Positions 38,935 to 48,348 of a DNA stretch of 64,000 bases are shown here, one piece after another. Numbering within the stretch: the stretch's first letter is position 1; every line of letters begins with the position of its first letter. Where the stretch lies: positions 37,884 through 101,883 of the forward strand of contig DAIDGT010000001.1 of NCBI GenBank assembly GCA_027459825.1, written 5' to 3'. The DNA comes from a bacterium. Its GTDB lineage: Bacteria; Patescibacteriota; Dojkabacteria; JAKAPS01; JAJZLI01. The notes beneath the pieces are model-generated. The model made no database searches. It was not told the origin of the DNA and saw only the letters and a list, made by a program, of their open reading frames with translations. The position numbers and the translations under genes were made by a program.

Positions 38935-41900
38935 ATGCATAAATCTTATTTCTATCAAAAATTAAATCGTATTAGATTTAATATAATTGCAATATTGATA
39001 TTCGTGATAGGAATAATAATAGGTTCATATTTAACAATATCAAAAATTATTCCAACGATATTTGCTACGTCACAAACATCAATAAGCTACAGTACTGATA
39101 CTCAGTTTAATACAGGAACTATGTCTTCAACACAAGTATCAGGAAGTGGTAGCTCTGCAGTAGTAGAACTTAATGGGGGGTCTACAACTCCAGCCTGGTA
39201 TAATATAAATTGGAATTATAGACAAGAAATTACAATTAATTACACTCAAGTAACTTCTAGCCAAACAAATTTTCCAGTTCTAATAAGTATAAACTCAGAT
39301 ACAAGCCTTGCGACATATGCCCAATCAAACGGTAATGATATATTATTTACTTCAGATGACGGAATAACTAAGTTAAATCATGAAATCGAACAATACAACA
39401 CATCCACTGGGCAACTAATTGCATGGGTAAATGTTCCTTCATTGTCCTCGTCAACAAATACTATTTTATATATGTATTATGGTAACTCAAATGCTTCAAA
39501 CCAACAAAATACAGCAGGGGTGTGGGACAGTAATTACTCTGGAATATGGCATTTACCAAATGGAACTAACCTTAGCGCAAATGATTCTACAAGTAATGCC
39601 AATAATGGAACAATTTATGGAGTAACACCGACAACAGGAAAAATTGGAGGTGCAGGATATTTTAATGGATCAAGTTACATAGAAGTCCCTAATTCCTCAA
39701 GCCTGCAAGTAGGAAAACCAGGATTTACTTTTGAAGCTTGGGTGAATCCAAATAATATATCCAATTGTGGTAGTTTTAATTGCATAATCTTTAATGAAGA
39801 AAATAGCTATGAATGGGCAATATCAAATAATGGACTCTTAGGTATTGCTATTGCAAATACTACTCCAGGGTGGAATTGGGTAAGTACAAGCCAAATTATA
39901 CCTACAAATCAATGGACAAACTTGGTAATAACATATGATGGGTCGTATATAAAAACATATATTAATGGGACTCTACAAAATACAATAACTGGAAGTGGAA
40001 ATTTAACAAGTGTAACAACTGCGTTAAGAATTGGGGCCAGAGGAGCACCAAGTAGTGCATTTGCTTTCTGGTATGGTTCACTTGATGAAATCCGTATATC
40101 TAGTATAGCTCGCTCTTCTTCTTGGATATCAACAGCATATAATAACGAGAATTCCCCTTCAAGTTTTTTTACCCTAGGGTCCCAAGAGACTTCAATTGCC
40201 ACATCAGGATATTGGGAATCTCCTTCTAACTCAAATACCATAGACCTTATTTGGAATGGTGGTTGGGGAGACGGCAGTAATGATACCTCAACTGCTTTTT
40301 CTGCAACAGTAGCATCAGTAAATACAAACCAAACAATAACATTTGAAATGAAGACAGCAACAAGCGAAGCAAATTTAAGCACATCTCCATATATTACTTT
40401 AGGAACAGTAAATTCGGGAACAACATTTACAACAACTGCAGCACAAATGAATTCCTTAGGATTATCTGCAGGAGACTACCGGTACCTACAAGTTGAGGCT
40501 ATATTCTCACAATCAACAGGAACATCTCCCCAACTTGATAATTTTACAATTTACTATACAAAAGATAATACTCCCCCAGAAACTAACGCATCTTCTATAC
40601 TAATGTATACTTCGAATGGAGGACGTAGCATTTCTCAATATGGATGGGATAATAGCTCTACACCATATTTTAGCTGGACAGCAGGAAGTGATTCTCAATC
40701 AGGAATGAAAGGATATTGTCTTTACTTAGGAACAAGTAACAGCACCATACCTTCTACTTCTTCTTCAGGAAACTTAAATCCAAATAATTCCCCTATTTCT
40801 GCCAGTGGCACCGGATGTGAAGGAGGAAATGGATTTATAACATCATCTACATCAATAGACCTCTCTACTTCTGGGTACCTACAAACCCAACTCACAACAT
40901 CAACTTCTCCATACTATCTAGGTGTAGCAGCAGTAGATAATGAAGGAAATATAGATTCAAATTTTGTATACTTTACATTCTATTTTGACAATACAATCCC
41001 AAATAACGTATCCTATATATCATGCCCTGGAGGAAACTTTTCCAATGTCACTAATATGAGTTTTTCATGGCCGACAAGTGGAAGTAATGCATCATCCTCA
41101 ATAGCAGCTCCTATACTTGGGTGGCAATACCAAATTAACTCTACTTCAGGGACATGGAATGGACCTAATTACAATTCAAGCCTTAGTGTGAACTATATAC
41201 CATCAACGAATTCATCATATACACTAACATCATCGGACAGCTCATCTATAATAGTAGGTGATAATATAATCTACTTTAGAACCATAGATGAAGCAGGAAA
41301 TATATCCTCTTACAGAACATGCTCAATTGCATATGGAGGACAGGCACCTATATTTCCAATAGGTGGACAAGTACTGGTAACACCCAACACCTCAAACACC
41401 AATACATTCTCTCTATCATGGCCATCAGCAACAGCAACAACGGGACAAACTGTCGCTGATTACTATTATATGGTTAATAATACACCACCATCGTCCCTTG
41501 CAACCCTTCAGGAAAATGGAGGAAAGTATATAAATAATGGAACTTCAACTGAGGTATCTGCAACTGTTCTTTCAAATGCAGTTAAAGGAACAAATACAGT
41601 ATATGTTGTGGCAATAGATAATTCTGCTACCCCAAACTACTCCCCATCTAATTATATATCAGGAACATTTACTCTAAATTCCAATAACCCAGATCCTGTA
41701 TCAAATTTAGTAGCAACAGATTCCTCCATTAAGGTAAAATCTCAATGGAATGTAACACTTACATGGTCTGCTCCTTCATATCAGGGAGCAGGAAATCTCA
41801 CTTACCTGATTTATAGATCAACCAATGATATCAATTTTACAGAAGTAGGAACAACTATAGGGCTCTCATATGTAGACAACACTCCAGAATCAACTCTGTA

Positions 41901-43206
41901 TTATTACTACATAATAACCCAAGATGGAGCAAGTGAGTTAAGTGATCAATCAACAACAGTATCAATTACTCCAACAGGAAGATATACAAGTCCAGCAAGT
42001 ATAGAAACTACCCCCACAGTAACCAACATAACGGATAATTCAGCAACCATATCATGGTCTACTGATAGAAACTCTGATTCTAAAATTGAGTATGGGAAAT
42101 CTTCAGGAAACTACTATACAACAGAGCCATACGTTCCTACTCAAGTTACAGAGCATGTAGTCACACTAACTAATCTATCTCCATCCACAACATATTACTA
42201 TAAAGCTATATGGACAGATTCAGATGGTAATACAGGAACATCAACAGAAAGTACATTCACCACTAATCCACCTCCTGAGGTTAGTGATGTTTCTGTGAGT
42301 AATATAACATTGAATAGTGCATATATTTCATTTAGTATTTCTAATGCTGTTGTTGCACAAATCCAGTATGGACCAACAACATCGTTTGGAGGAAGTATTC
42401 CATTAACTACATCTCCAAATAAAAGTCCATATACCGAACCAATAACAGGATTATCTTCAGGAACCCAGTATTATTATAGAATAGCAATGACAGACCCTAC
42501 AGGAAATATATACTATTCTGATACATATAATAATCTAATAACCCCGCCTACCCCAGAAATTTCAAAAATAGAAATATCTGCTGTATCAAATTCTCCAGAA
42601 ATAGACGTATTTGTACAATGGAGTACTAATACAGCAACTTCATCTGTCATCTCCTATGGAGGAAAAACTCAAGTAGATGAAAATTTCATATCAGGAGAGC
42701 ATCAAGCAATTATTACAAATCTTTCATCTAATACAAAATATAGTTTAACAATAAAAGTAATAGATAAATATGGAAACCAAGTTACATCTTCTCCTCAAAT
42801 ATTCACAACAGGAATAAATAAAGTTCCCCCTAAAATAGTCAGTTTAAATATACAAACACAATTGATGAAATCATCTTCAGGAAATACACAAATTATAATA
42901 TCATGGACAACTGACAAACCATCTACATCTCAAGTTGAGTACGGGGAGGGAACAGGAACAACATATTCTCAAAAAAGTACAGAGGACAATCATTATGTAA
43001 TTAATCATGTAGTGGTAATCTCTAACCTTCCAACAGCAAGAATATATCATATAAAAGCTATATCAGTTGATAGTAATGGAAATGTAGGTTATTCTTCTGA
43101 TAATATTACTATTACTCCACAGGCTACCGAGAGTGCTCTAAACCTTGTGCTCGGTAATCTTGAGCAAGTTTTTGGATTTTTAGGAAATTTAAATGTATCA
43201 TATTAG
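38935..43206 (+). CDS. Giant S/T-rich surface protein B: signal/TM, DUF2341-like and LamG-like head, FN3/Ig-like repeats, conserved C-tail
   Basis: IFA|TSQ; WNYRQEITI...NFPVLI...GNDILFT...AWVNVP...YMYYGN; LamG-like FTFEAWVNP...WTNLVITYDG...YING...LDEIRIS; stalk homologous to protein A. Confidence 0.82.
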   Translation: MHKSYFYQKLNRIRFNIIAILIFVIGIIIGSYLTISKIIPTIFATSQTSISYSTDTQFNTGTMSSTQVSGSGSSAVVELNGGSTTPAWYNINWNYRQEITINYTQVTSSQTNFPVLISINSDTSLATYAQSNGNDILFTSDDGITKLNHEIEQYNTSTGQLIAWVNVPSLSSSTNTILYMYYGNSNASNQQNTAGVWDSNYSGIWHLPNGTNLSANDSTSNANNGTIYGVTPTTGKIGGAGYFNGSSYIEVPNSSSLQVGKPGFTFEAWVNPNNISNCGSFNCIIFNEENSYEWAISNNGLLGIAIANTTPGWNWVSTSQIIPTNQWTNLVITYDGSYIKTYINGTLQNTITGSGNLTSVTTALRIGARGAPSSAFAFWYGSLDEIRISSIARSSSWISTAYNNENSPSSFFTLGSQETSIATSGYWESPSNSNTIDLIWNGGWGDGSNDTSTAFSATVASVNTNQTITFEMKTATSEANLSTSPYITLGTVNSGTTFTTTAAQMNSLGLSAGDYRYLQVEAIFSQSTGTSPQLDNFTIYYTKDNTPPETNASSILMYTSNGGRSISQYGWDNSSTPYFSWTAGSDSQSGMKGYCLYLGTSNSTIPSTSSSGNLNPNNSPISASGTGCEGGNGFITSSTSIDLSTSGYLQTQLTTSTSPYYLGVAAVDNEGNIDSNFVYFTFYFDNTIPNNVSYISCPGGNFSNVTNMSFSWPTSGSNASSSIAAPILGWQYQINSTSGTWNGPNYNSSLSVNYIPSTNSSYTLTSSDSSSIIVGDNIIYFRTIDEAGNISSYRTCSIAYGGQAPIFPIGGQVLVTPNTSNTNTFSLSWPSATATTGQTVADYYYMVNNTPPSSLATLQENGGKYINNGTSTEVSATVLSNAVKGTNTVYVVAIDNSATPNYSPSNYISGTFTLNSNNPDPVSNLVATDSSIKVKSQWNVTLTWSAPSYQGAGNLTYLIYRSTNDINFTEVGTTIGLSYVDNTPESTLYYYYIITQDGASELSDQSTTVSITPTGRYTSPASIETTPTVTNITDNSATISWSTDRNSDSKIEYGKSSGNYYTTEPYVPTQVTEHVVTLTNLSPSTTYYYKAIWTDSDGNTGTSTESTFTTNPPPEVSDVSVSNITLNSAYISFSISNAVVAQIQYGPTTSFGGSIPLTTSPNKSPYTEPITGLSSGTQYYYRIAMTDPTGNIYYSDTYNNLITPPTPEISKIEISAVSNSPEIDVFVQWSTNTATSSVISYGGKTQVDENFISGEHQAIITNLSSNTKYSLTIKVIDKYGNQVTSSPQIFTTGINKVPPKIVSLNIQTQLMKSSSGNTQIIISWTTDKPSTSQVEYGEGTGTTYSQKSTEDNHYVINHVVVISNLPTARIYHIKAISVDSNGNVGYSSDNITITPQATESALNLVLGNLEQVFGFLGNLNVSY
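43096..43197 (+). repeat. 102-bp repeat, copy 2
   Basis: About 93% identical to 38818..38919; encodes the identical peptide. Confidence 0.9.
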
Positions 43207-43215
43207 TACGCAAAT

Positions 43216-45780
43216 ATGGGAGATCAAGTAATTATAAATTTAGAACATGTTTCAAAATCTTTTGATAGTGCAGAAAGACAAATACCTGTATTGAAAGATA
43301 TGTCACTATCAATATACAAAGGGGATTTTGCCATCATACTAGGACCTTCAGGGTCAGGAAAATCTACTCTACTTCATACTCTGTTAGGACTAGAGGCACC
43401 AACAACAGGAAAAGTGGAACTATTAAACCAAAACATATATGAAAACTGGGATGAAGATAAAAGATCAGAGTTTAGGAAAAGATATATTGGAATGGTATAC
43501 CAACAATCAAATTGGATACAATCATTATCTGTAATTGACAATATAACCTTCCCGCTATTACTACTTGGAGTGGATAAGGATACAGCAAGACAAAGAGGGA
43601 TGGAACTTCTACAAAACATATCAATGGAAAAATGGGCAGATTTCTCTCCATCAGAACTTTCATCAGGAGAACAACAAAAAATTGCACTTATGAGAGCAAT
43701 AATTACTGATCCCGATATAATAGTTGCAGATGAGCCAACAGGAAATCTTGACTATCAATCAGGAGAAGAATTAATGGAGCTTCTCCAAATGTTCAATAGT
43801 AAAGGAAAAACAGTAATTATGGTTACTCACGACTTAGCATATATAAAATATGCTAAGAGAACAATAAAGATATTTGATGGTGTAATTATGGGTATGTTCC
43901 AAAGGAATATAGCGCAAGAAGAAGAGGCTATGAGAGAGTCTAAAAGAAAAGGGAGTGAAGAATCACAACAACTGGAACAGGGAAGTAGACATATAAAGGT
44001 ACAAGACTTTAAAGAGGAACATATTCCTGAAAAGTACGCGTCACTAGAAGAGCCTACACCAAACTTATTAAAAAGGATATTTCAATTTATACTAACAATT
44101 GTTGTGTGTATATTTGTAGTAGTGATAAATATACTTATATATATTCTAAACTTGCCATTGAGATTATTTCGCTCACATAAACTGATAAAGTCCATAAAAG
44201 TAGACATGAAGTACATAACAGATGGAATACTACAAGGAGCATCATTCTTAATTATGCTATTCTTCTCAATAATTAATATTACTATAAGAGCTATACTATC
44301 TATAAAAATACTAAAGTATATAGGAGCAAACCAAATACAATACATCAGAAAGCAAATATCTAACGGAATAAAATTTATATTTGACAGAAAAGTATCGGGA
44401 AAGATAGGGAGAGAGACAGTAATAAACCTTTCTTACAGTAATTTACATGCAAAAAAATCAAGAACATTTGTAACAATCGGAGGCATAATGATAGGTGTAG
44501 GAATGATTGTTTTCTTAGTATCACTAGGATATGGACTGCAATCTCTGGTTATTTCAAGAGTTGCAAAACTGGGAGCAATTAAAGAAGCAAGTGTTTCAAT
44601 ACAAACAGGAAGTAAATTACAAATTAATGACAATACCTTGTATAAATTAAAATCCATCCCAAATGTTACTGAAGTCTACCCTATTATATCTGTCGTTGGA
44701 AAAGTTATTTACAATAATTCAAATTCTGATATGGCAGTATATGGAGTAACAACAGGATACTTACAATCTCTGAGTATTAATCCTATCAAGGGAAATTTCT
44801 TTAATAATAATAATCTAACAAATAAGCTTCCAATAGAAACCCAGCAACAATCAAACCAACAAGGAAGCAGTACTACATCAAATAGCACTTCTGGAAACCA
44901 AACAGGAAACGGATCTCTTCCTTTTATAAATGTACCTTCTCTTTCTACTCCAGTACAAACACCAAAAACAACACTGGTGTCTTTACTATCATCATCAAAT
45001 GATACAGTAGTAAATCAGGCAATGTTAACTGAACTTGGGATACCAGAGCAGCAAGCAATAGGAAAAACATTCCAATCATCCTTCATAGTAACATCTAACC
45101 TTTTAAACAATACAAATCAGTCAATACAAACAAAGCCTATTACATTTAAAATAGTAGGAATACTACCAGGGACATCCACTCCTGATATATATGTACCGTT
45201 TATAGATTTAAGGTCAATTGGTATAACAAATTATTCTCAACTTGAAGTTGTTGTAAATCAGGCAAATCAACTTGCATTAGTAAGGAAACAAATAGAATCA
45301 TACGGATATGCGACAACATCGGTTGCAGATACTGTGTCACAAATTAATGGAGTATTTAATACATTAAGAATAATATTGGCACTATTTGGATTTATTGCTT
45401 TAATTGTTGCAGCCTTAGGTATGCTTAATACATTAACAATATCACTTCTTGAGAGAACAAGAGAAGTTGGTTTAATGAAAGCTCTTGGAATGCAATCAAA
45501 TGAAGTAATGGAATTATTCTTAACAGAATCAATGGTTATGTCTGTATTGGGAGGAATTCTAGGTATAGTATTTGGTTATGTTATAGGTAAAATATTAAGT
45601 ATATTGCTATCAATAATATCTATATCAAAAGGAGGGGGATATATAAATATATCTACAATTCCATGGAGCATGATTATTGTAGTCATAATTCTATCAGTAA
45701 TAGTGGGAGGAATAACAGGAATATACCCTGCAGCAAGAACACGAAGAATATCTGCATTGAATGCATTAAGATATGAATAA
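43216..45780 (+). CDS. MacB/FtsX-type ABC transporter, fused NBD and permease
   Basis: GPSGSGKST, LSSGEQQ, IIVADEPTGNLD, VTHD; RTFVTIGGIMIGVG; SLLERTREVGLMKALG; GIYPAARTRRISALNALRYE. Confidence 0.9.
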   Translation: MGDQVIINLEHVSKSFDSAERQIPVLKDMSLSIYKGDFAIILGPSGSGKSTLLHTLLGLEAPTTGKVELLNQNIYENWDEDKRSEFRKRYIGMVYQQSNWIQSLSVIDNITFPLLLLGVDKDTARQRGMELLQNISMEKWADFSPSELSSGEQQKIALMRAIITDPDIIVADEPTGNLDYQSGEELMELLQMFNSKGKTVIMVTHDLAYIKYAKRTIKIFDGVIMGMFQRNIAQEEEAMRESKRKGSEESQQLEQGSRHIKVQDFKEEHIPEKYASLEEPTPNLLKRIFQFILTIVVCIFVVVINILIYILNLPLRLFRSHKLIKSIKVDMKYITDGILQGASFLIMLFFSIINITIRAILSIKILKYIGANQIQYIRKQISNGIKFIFDRKVSGKIGRETVINLSYSNLHAKKSRTFVTIGGIMIGVGMIVFLVSLGYGLQSLVISRVAKLGAIKEASVSIQTGSKLQINDNTLYKLKSIPNVTEVYPIISVVGKVIYNNSNSDMAVYGVTTGYLQSLSINPIKGNFFNNNNLTNKLPIETQQQSNQQGSSTTSNSTSGNQTGNGSLPFINVPSLSTPVQTPKTTLVSLLSSSNDTVVNQAMLTELGIPEQQAIGKTFQSSFIVTSNLLNNTNQSIQTKPITFKIVGILPGTSTPDIYVPFIDLRSIGITNYSQLEVVVNQANQLALVRKQIESYGYATTSVADTVSQINGVFNTLRIILALFGFIALIVAALGMLNTLTISLLERTREVGLMKALGMQSNEVMELFLTESMVMSVLGGILGIVFGYVIGKILSILLSIISISKGGGYINISTIPWSMIIVVIILSVIVGGITGIYPAARTRRISALNALRYE

Positions 45781-45880
45781 ACATCAGGTTAATGACAATC
45801 TCTGATTTACCCATAAACATCCCTACACAGTCATCGGATGACCAATTTATGGAAGAATATTCATATAACTTCACCTATGT
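45781..45880 (-). ncRNA. Candidate ~100-nt structured RNA (irregular rod-like hairpin)
   Basis: Nested complementarity: ends acatcaggt/acctatgt, gttaatga/tcatataac, ccataaa/tttatgg, apex gtcat-cgg-atgac. G-U pairs extend the helices in the minus orientation. More GC-rich than neighbouring spacers. Confidence 0.45.
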
Positions 45881-45924
45881 AATTTAAATTTATAATTTTT
45901 CAAAAATAATGTAATATTAATAAC

Positions 45925-47544
45925 ATGGATAATCTGCTTCGAAATATTATCTCAAGAGAAAAAGTATTTGGGATAGACATTACAAACTCATCCATTCGTA
46001 TAATACAATTTGAAACAAAAAAGGACTATTTTGTACTAAAAAGTATAGCAGAAGAAGAAATACCTATTACCTCATTTGTAGCAGGAGTAATAAGACAAAA
46101 AGACATTGTTGCGCAAAAATTAATAGATTCAATAGAAAAAGCATATCCTAAAAGAATTACAACGAAATTTGCAGTAGTGCTATTACCAGATGATCAAATA
46201 TATACCCAGATAATAAAACTACCAAAGGTAGAGAAAAATAAAATAGAAAAAGCAATAGCCTTTCAGCTCTCTTCTTTCATACCGATGAAAGAAGATGAAG
46301 TTTACTGGGATTTTGCAATACTATCAGAAGATACAAATAACTATGAAATCATTATAAATGCAGTAGGAAAAGAAAGCGCAGATTCATTTATAGAAACATT
46401 AAATATTGCAGGTATCACCCCGCTTGTATTTGAAAGTAGATCACAAGCAGCATTAAGAGCAATCAAGGGGCATAATAAAACAGAAGAAGAGTATATGTTA
46501 ATAGACATTGGGAAGAGTATTACTAATATTGCCATCACAAAGAAGGATGCTATACAATTTTCATCCTCAGTTTTCTTTGGTGTAAATCAAATTATAAAAG
46601 TAATAGGAGAATACAATAAAATTAATGATGACAAAATAAAAGAGATACTAGAGAAAAATGGAGTGGCATCTGAAGATACTGAATTACAAAAACATATTGA
46701 TACTCTATTTATACAACCTATGCAGGAAATGCAAAAAGCAATTAACTATTATGGAGAAGAAAAGATATCAAAAGTATATCTGTATGGCGATGGAGCTCAA
46801 TTAAAAGGAGTGCTTGATAAATTCCAATCACAAACTAGTGTAAAAACAGAAATTGCGGGTATTGATATAAAAATATATCCGATACTACAGTGGGAAAAAC
46901 ATGAAAAAATTTCTCCATATATTTCAATTATAGGAATTGAAATGATAAATAAGATAAAAAATCTTATTTATATAAATATTCTACCTAAAAAACAAAAAAG
47001 CATCGGAGTAAGTAAATATATAAAGAAACAAACATTAGGACTATTAAAATTTATTTTAATAGATCTTGTTATACTTTCTGTAGGGATGCTTTATCTAAGT
47101 TATCAAAATACACAATCTATGCAGAATATACAAAATGCAATACAAACCTATATACAGGCAAACAATAACCCTAGATACAAAGGACTGAATACAAAAATAA
47201 ATACACTGAATACAGAACTTTCAAATTTATCTAACGCATACAAGACACAATACATGTGGTCAAAAACAATAGAAGAGATTTCAAATCTAATACCTTCAGG
47301 AGTAACATTAAACCAATTTAAAGTACAAAATACTGCAAAAACACAAAGTAGCTCAACAGTATCAGTAAACCCTGTATGGCAGATTACACTTGGAGGAATA
47401 GCGCAAACAGGATCACTAGTAGTCAATCTTGCAAATACACTTGAAAAAGAAAAAGGGATATCAAATGTAGAAATGCCTATTTCTAATTTTCAATCTAGCC
47501 AGAATACAAACTTTACTATAACATTTAATATTACCCCACAATGA
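45925..47544 (+). CDS. PilM-PilN fusion protein
   Basis: Actin-like PilM (FGIDITNSSIRII, LIDIGKSITNI, VYLYGDGAQLKG), then INILP, one TM, a coiled coil and PilN core (ISNLIPSGVTL...ITLGGIA...FTITF). Confidence 0.8.
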   Translation: MDNLLRNIISREKVFGIDITNSSIRIIQFETKKDYFVLKSIAEEEIPITSFVAGVIRQKDIVAQKLIDSIEKAYPKRITTKFAVVLLPDDQIYTQIIKLPKVEKNKIEKAIAFQLSSFIPMKEDEVYWDFAILSEDTNNYEIIINAVGKESADSFIETLNIAGITPLVFESRSQAALRAIKGHNKTEEEYMLIDIGKSITNIAITKKDAIQFSSSVFFGVNQIIKVIGEYNKINDDKIKEILEKNGVASEDTELQKHIDTLFIQPMQEMQKAINYYGEEKISKVYLYGDGAQLKGVLDKFQSQTSVKTEIAGIDIKIYPILQWEKHEKISPYISIIGIEMINKIKNLIYINILPKKQKSIGVSKYIKKQTLGLLKFILIDLVILSVGMLYLSYQNTQSMQNIQNAIQTYIQANNNPRYKGLNTKINTLNTELSNLSNAYKTQYMWSKTIEEISNLIPSGVTLNQFKVQNTAKTQSSSTVSVNPVWQITLGGIAQTGSLVVNLANTLEKEKGISNVEMPISNFQSSQNTNFTITFNITPQ

Positions 47545-48083
47545 AAAGAAAAAATATAAAAACATATATAATCTTTACTGTATTTATAATATCTATTATA
47601 TATTTGACCTATTTTTCTTACTCAAAATACACAAAATCCACAAAACAGAAAGTAGAATTACAAAATACTCTCACTATTTTACAAGCTAAACAAGTACAGG
47701 ATATACAGGTATTAAAAGAGTATAATACATACTTTCCAGGTATTAGTGATATACAAAATACAATAGTAACAAACAACTCCCTACTTAACTGGGTAAATCA
47801 AGAAAACTTAGTTGCATCAATTACAGGGAATGCAAACACAATAGAATTTCAAAATGCCACAGTTACTCAAAATAATATACAAATAAACGGGAATACATCA
47901 ACCGCTCCAATTCAAGACCTAATTGTTAATATTAACCTTCAAGGAAATTTTCAACAGTTAGTAAACTTTCTTGCAATGATGGAAAATTCATATTATTTCA
48001 CAAATGTAACATCAATTGCCTCCCAAACTGAAAATTCAGGAGCTCTTAATACATCAATAACATTAGAACTACACATATCATGA
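47541..48083 (+). CDS. PilO-like protein
   Basis: N-terminal TM, coiled coil, INLQGNFQQLVNFLAMMEN (PilO motif). Confidence 0.72.
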   Translation: MKRKNIKTYIIFTVFIISIIYLTYFSYSKYTKSTKQKVELQNTLTILQAKQVQDIQVLKEYNTYFPGISDIQNTIVTNNSLLNWVNQENLVASITGNANTIEFQNATVTQNNIQINGNTSTAPIQDLIVNINLQGNFQQLVNFLAMMENSYYFTNVTSIASQTENSGALNTSITLELHIS

Positions 48084-48334
48084 ATGACAAGTCTTTTCTC
48101 ACAACACATCAAATAGAATTAGTAAAACTAATAATTGCAATCATAGTGATATTGGCAAATATCTATGTTGCATATAAATTATTAAATTTAGGAAAGAGTA
48201 TTCCTACTCCACAACCAACAACTCCAACTATAAATGTCTCTGAATATAAAACTCTAGAAAAGACAGTATCGACAAAACAGATATACTCATCATCATCTGC
48301 CTCCCCTAATATATCTGTGCCAAATATATTCTAA
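48080..48334 (+). CDS. Small single-TM protein ending the pilMNO cluster
   Basis: ATGA overlap with pilO; one TM; P/T/S-rich tail ending PNIF. Confidence 0.55.
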   Translation: MNDKSFLTTHQIELVKLIIAIIVILANIYVAYKLLNLGKSIPTPQPTTPTINVSEYKTLEKTVSTKQIYSSSSASPNISVPNIF

Positions 48335-48348
48335 AAATAAGACAGAAA

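Noticed and set aside
38818-43197. Diversity-generating retroelement (TR/VR pair) suggested by the near-identical 3' repeats
   Set aside because: Mismatches are all synonymous and not confined to adenines, both copies are coding, and no reverse transcriptase is in the window.
45683-45874. 63-aa minus-strand ORF covering the macB-pilM spacer
   Set aside because: It has a GTG start, overlaps the macB 3' end antisense by about 100 bp and has no motif; the nested base-pairing explains the region better.
45781-45880. Identification of the hairpin as SRP (4.5S) RNA or a simple terminator
   Set aside because: It lacks the SRP domain IV GNRA loop and CAGG/AGCA internal-loop motif, and it has no short GC stem with a U-tract.
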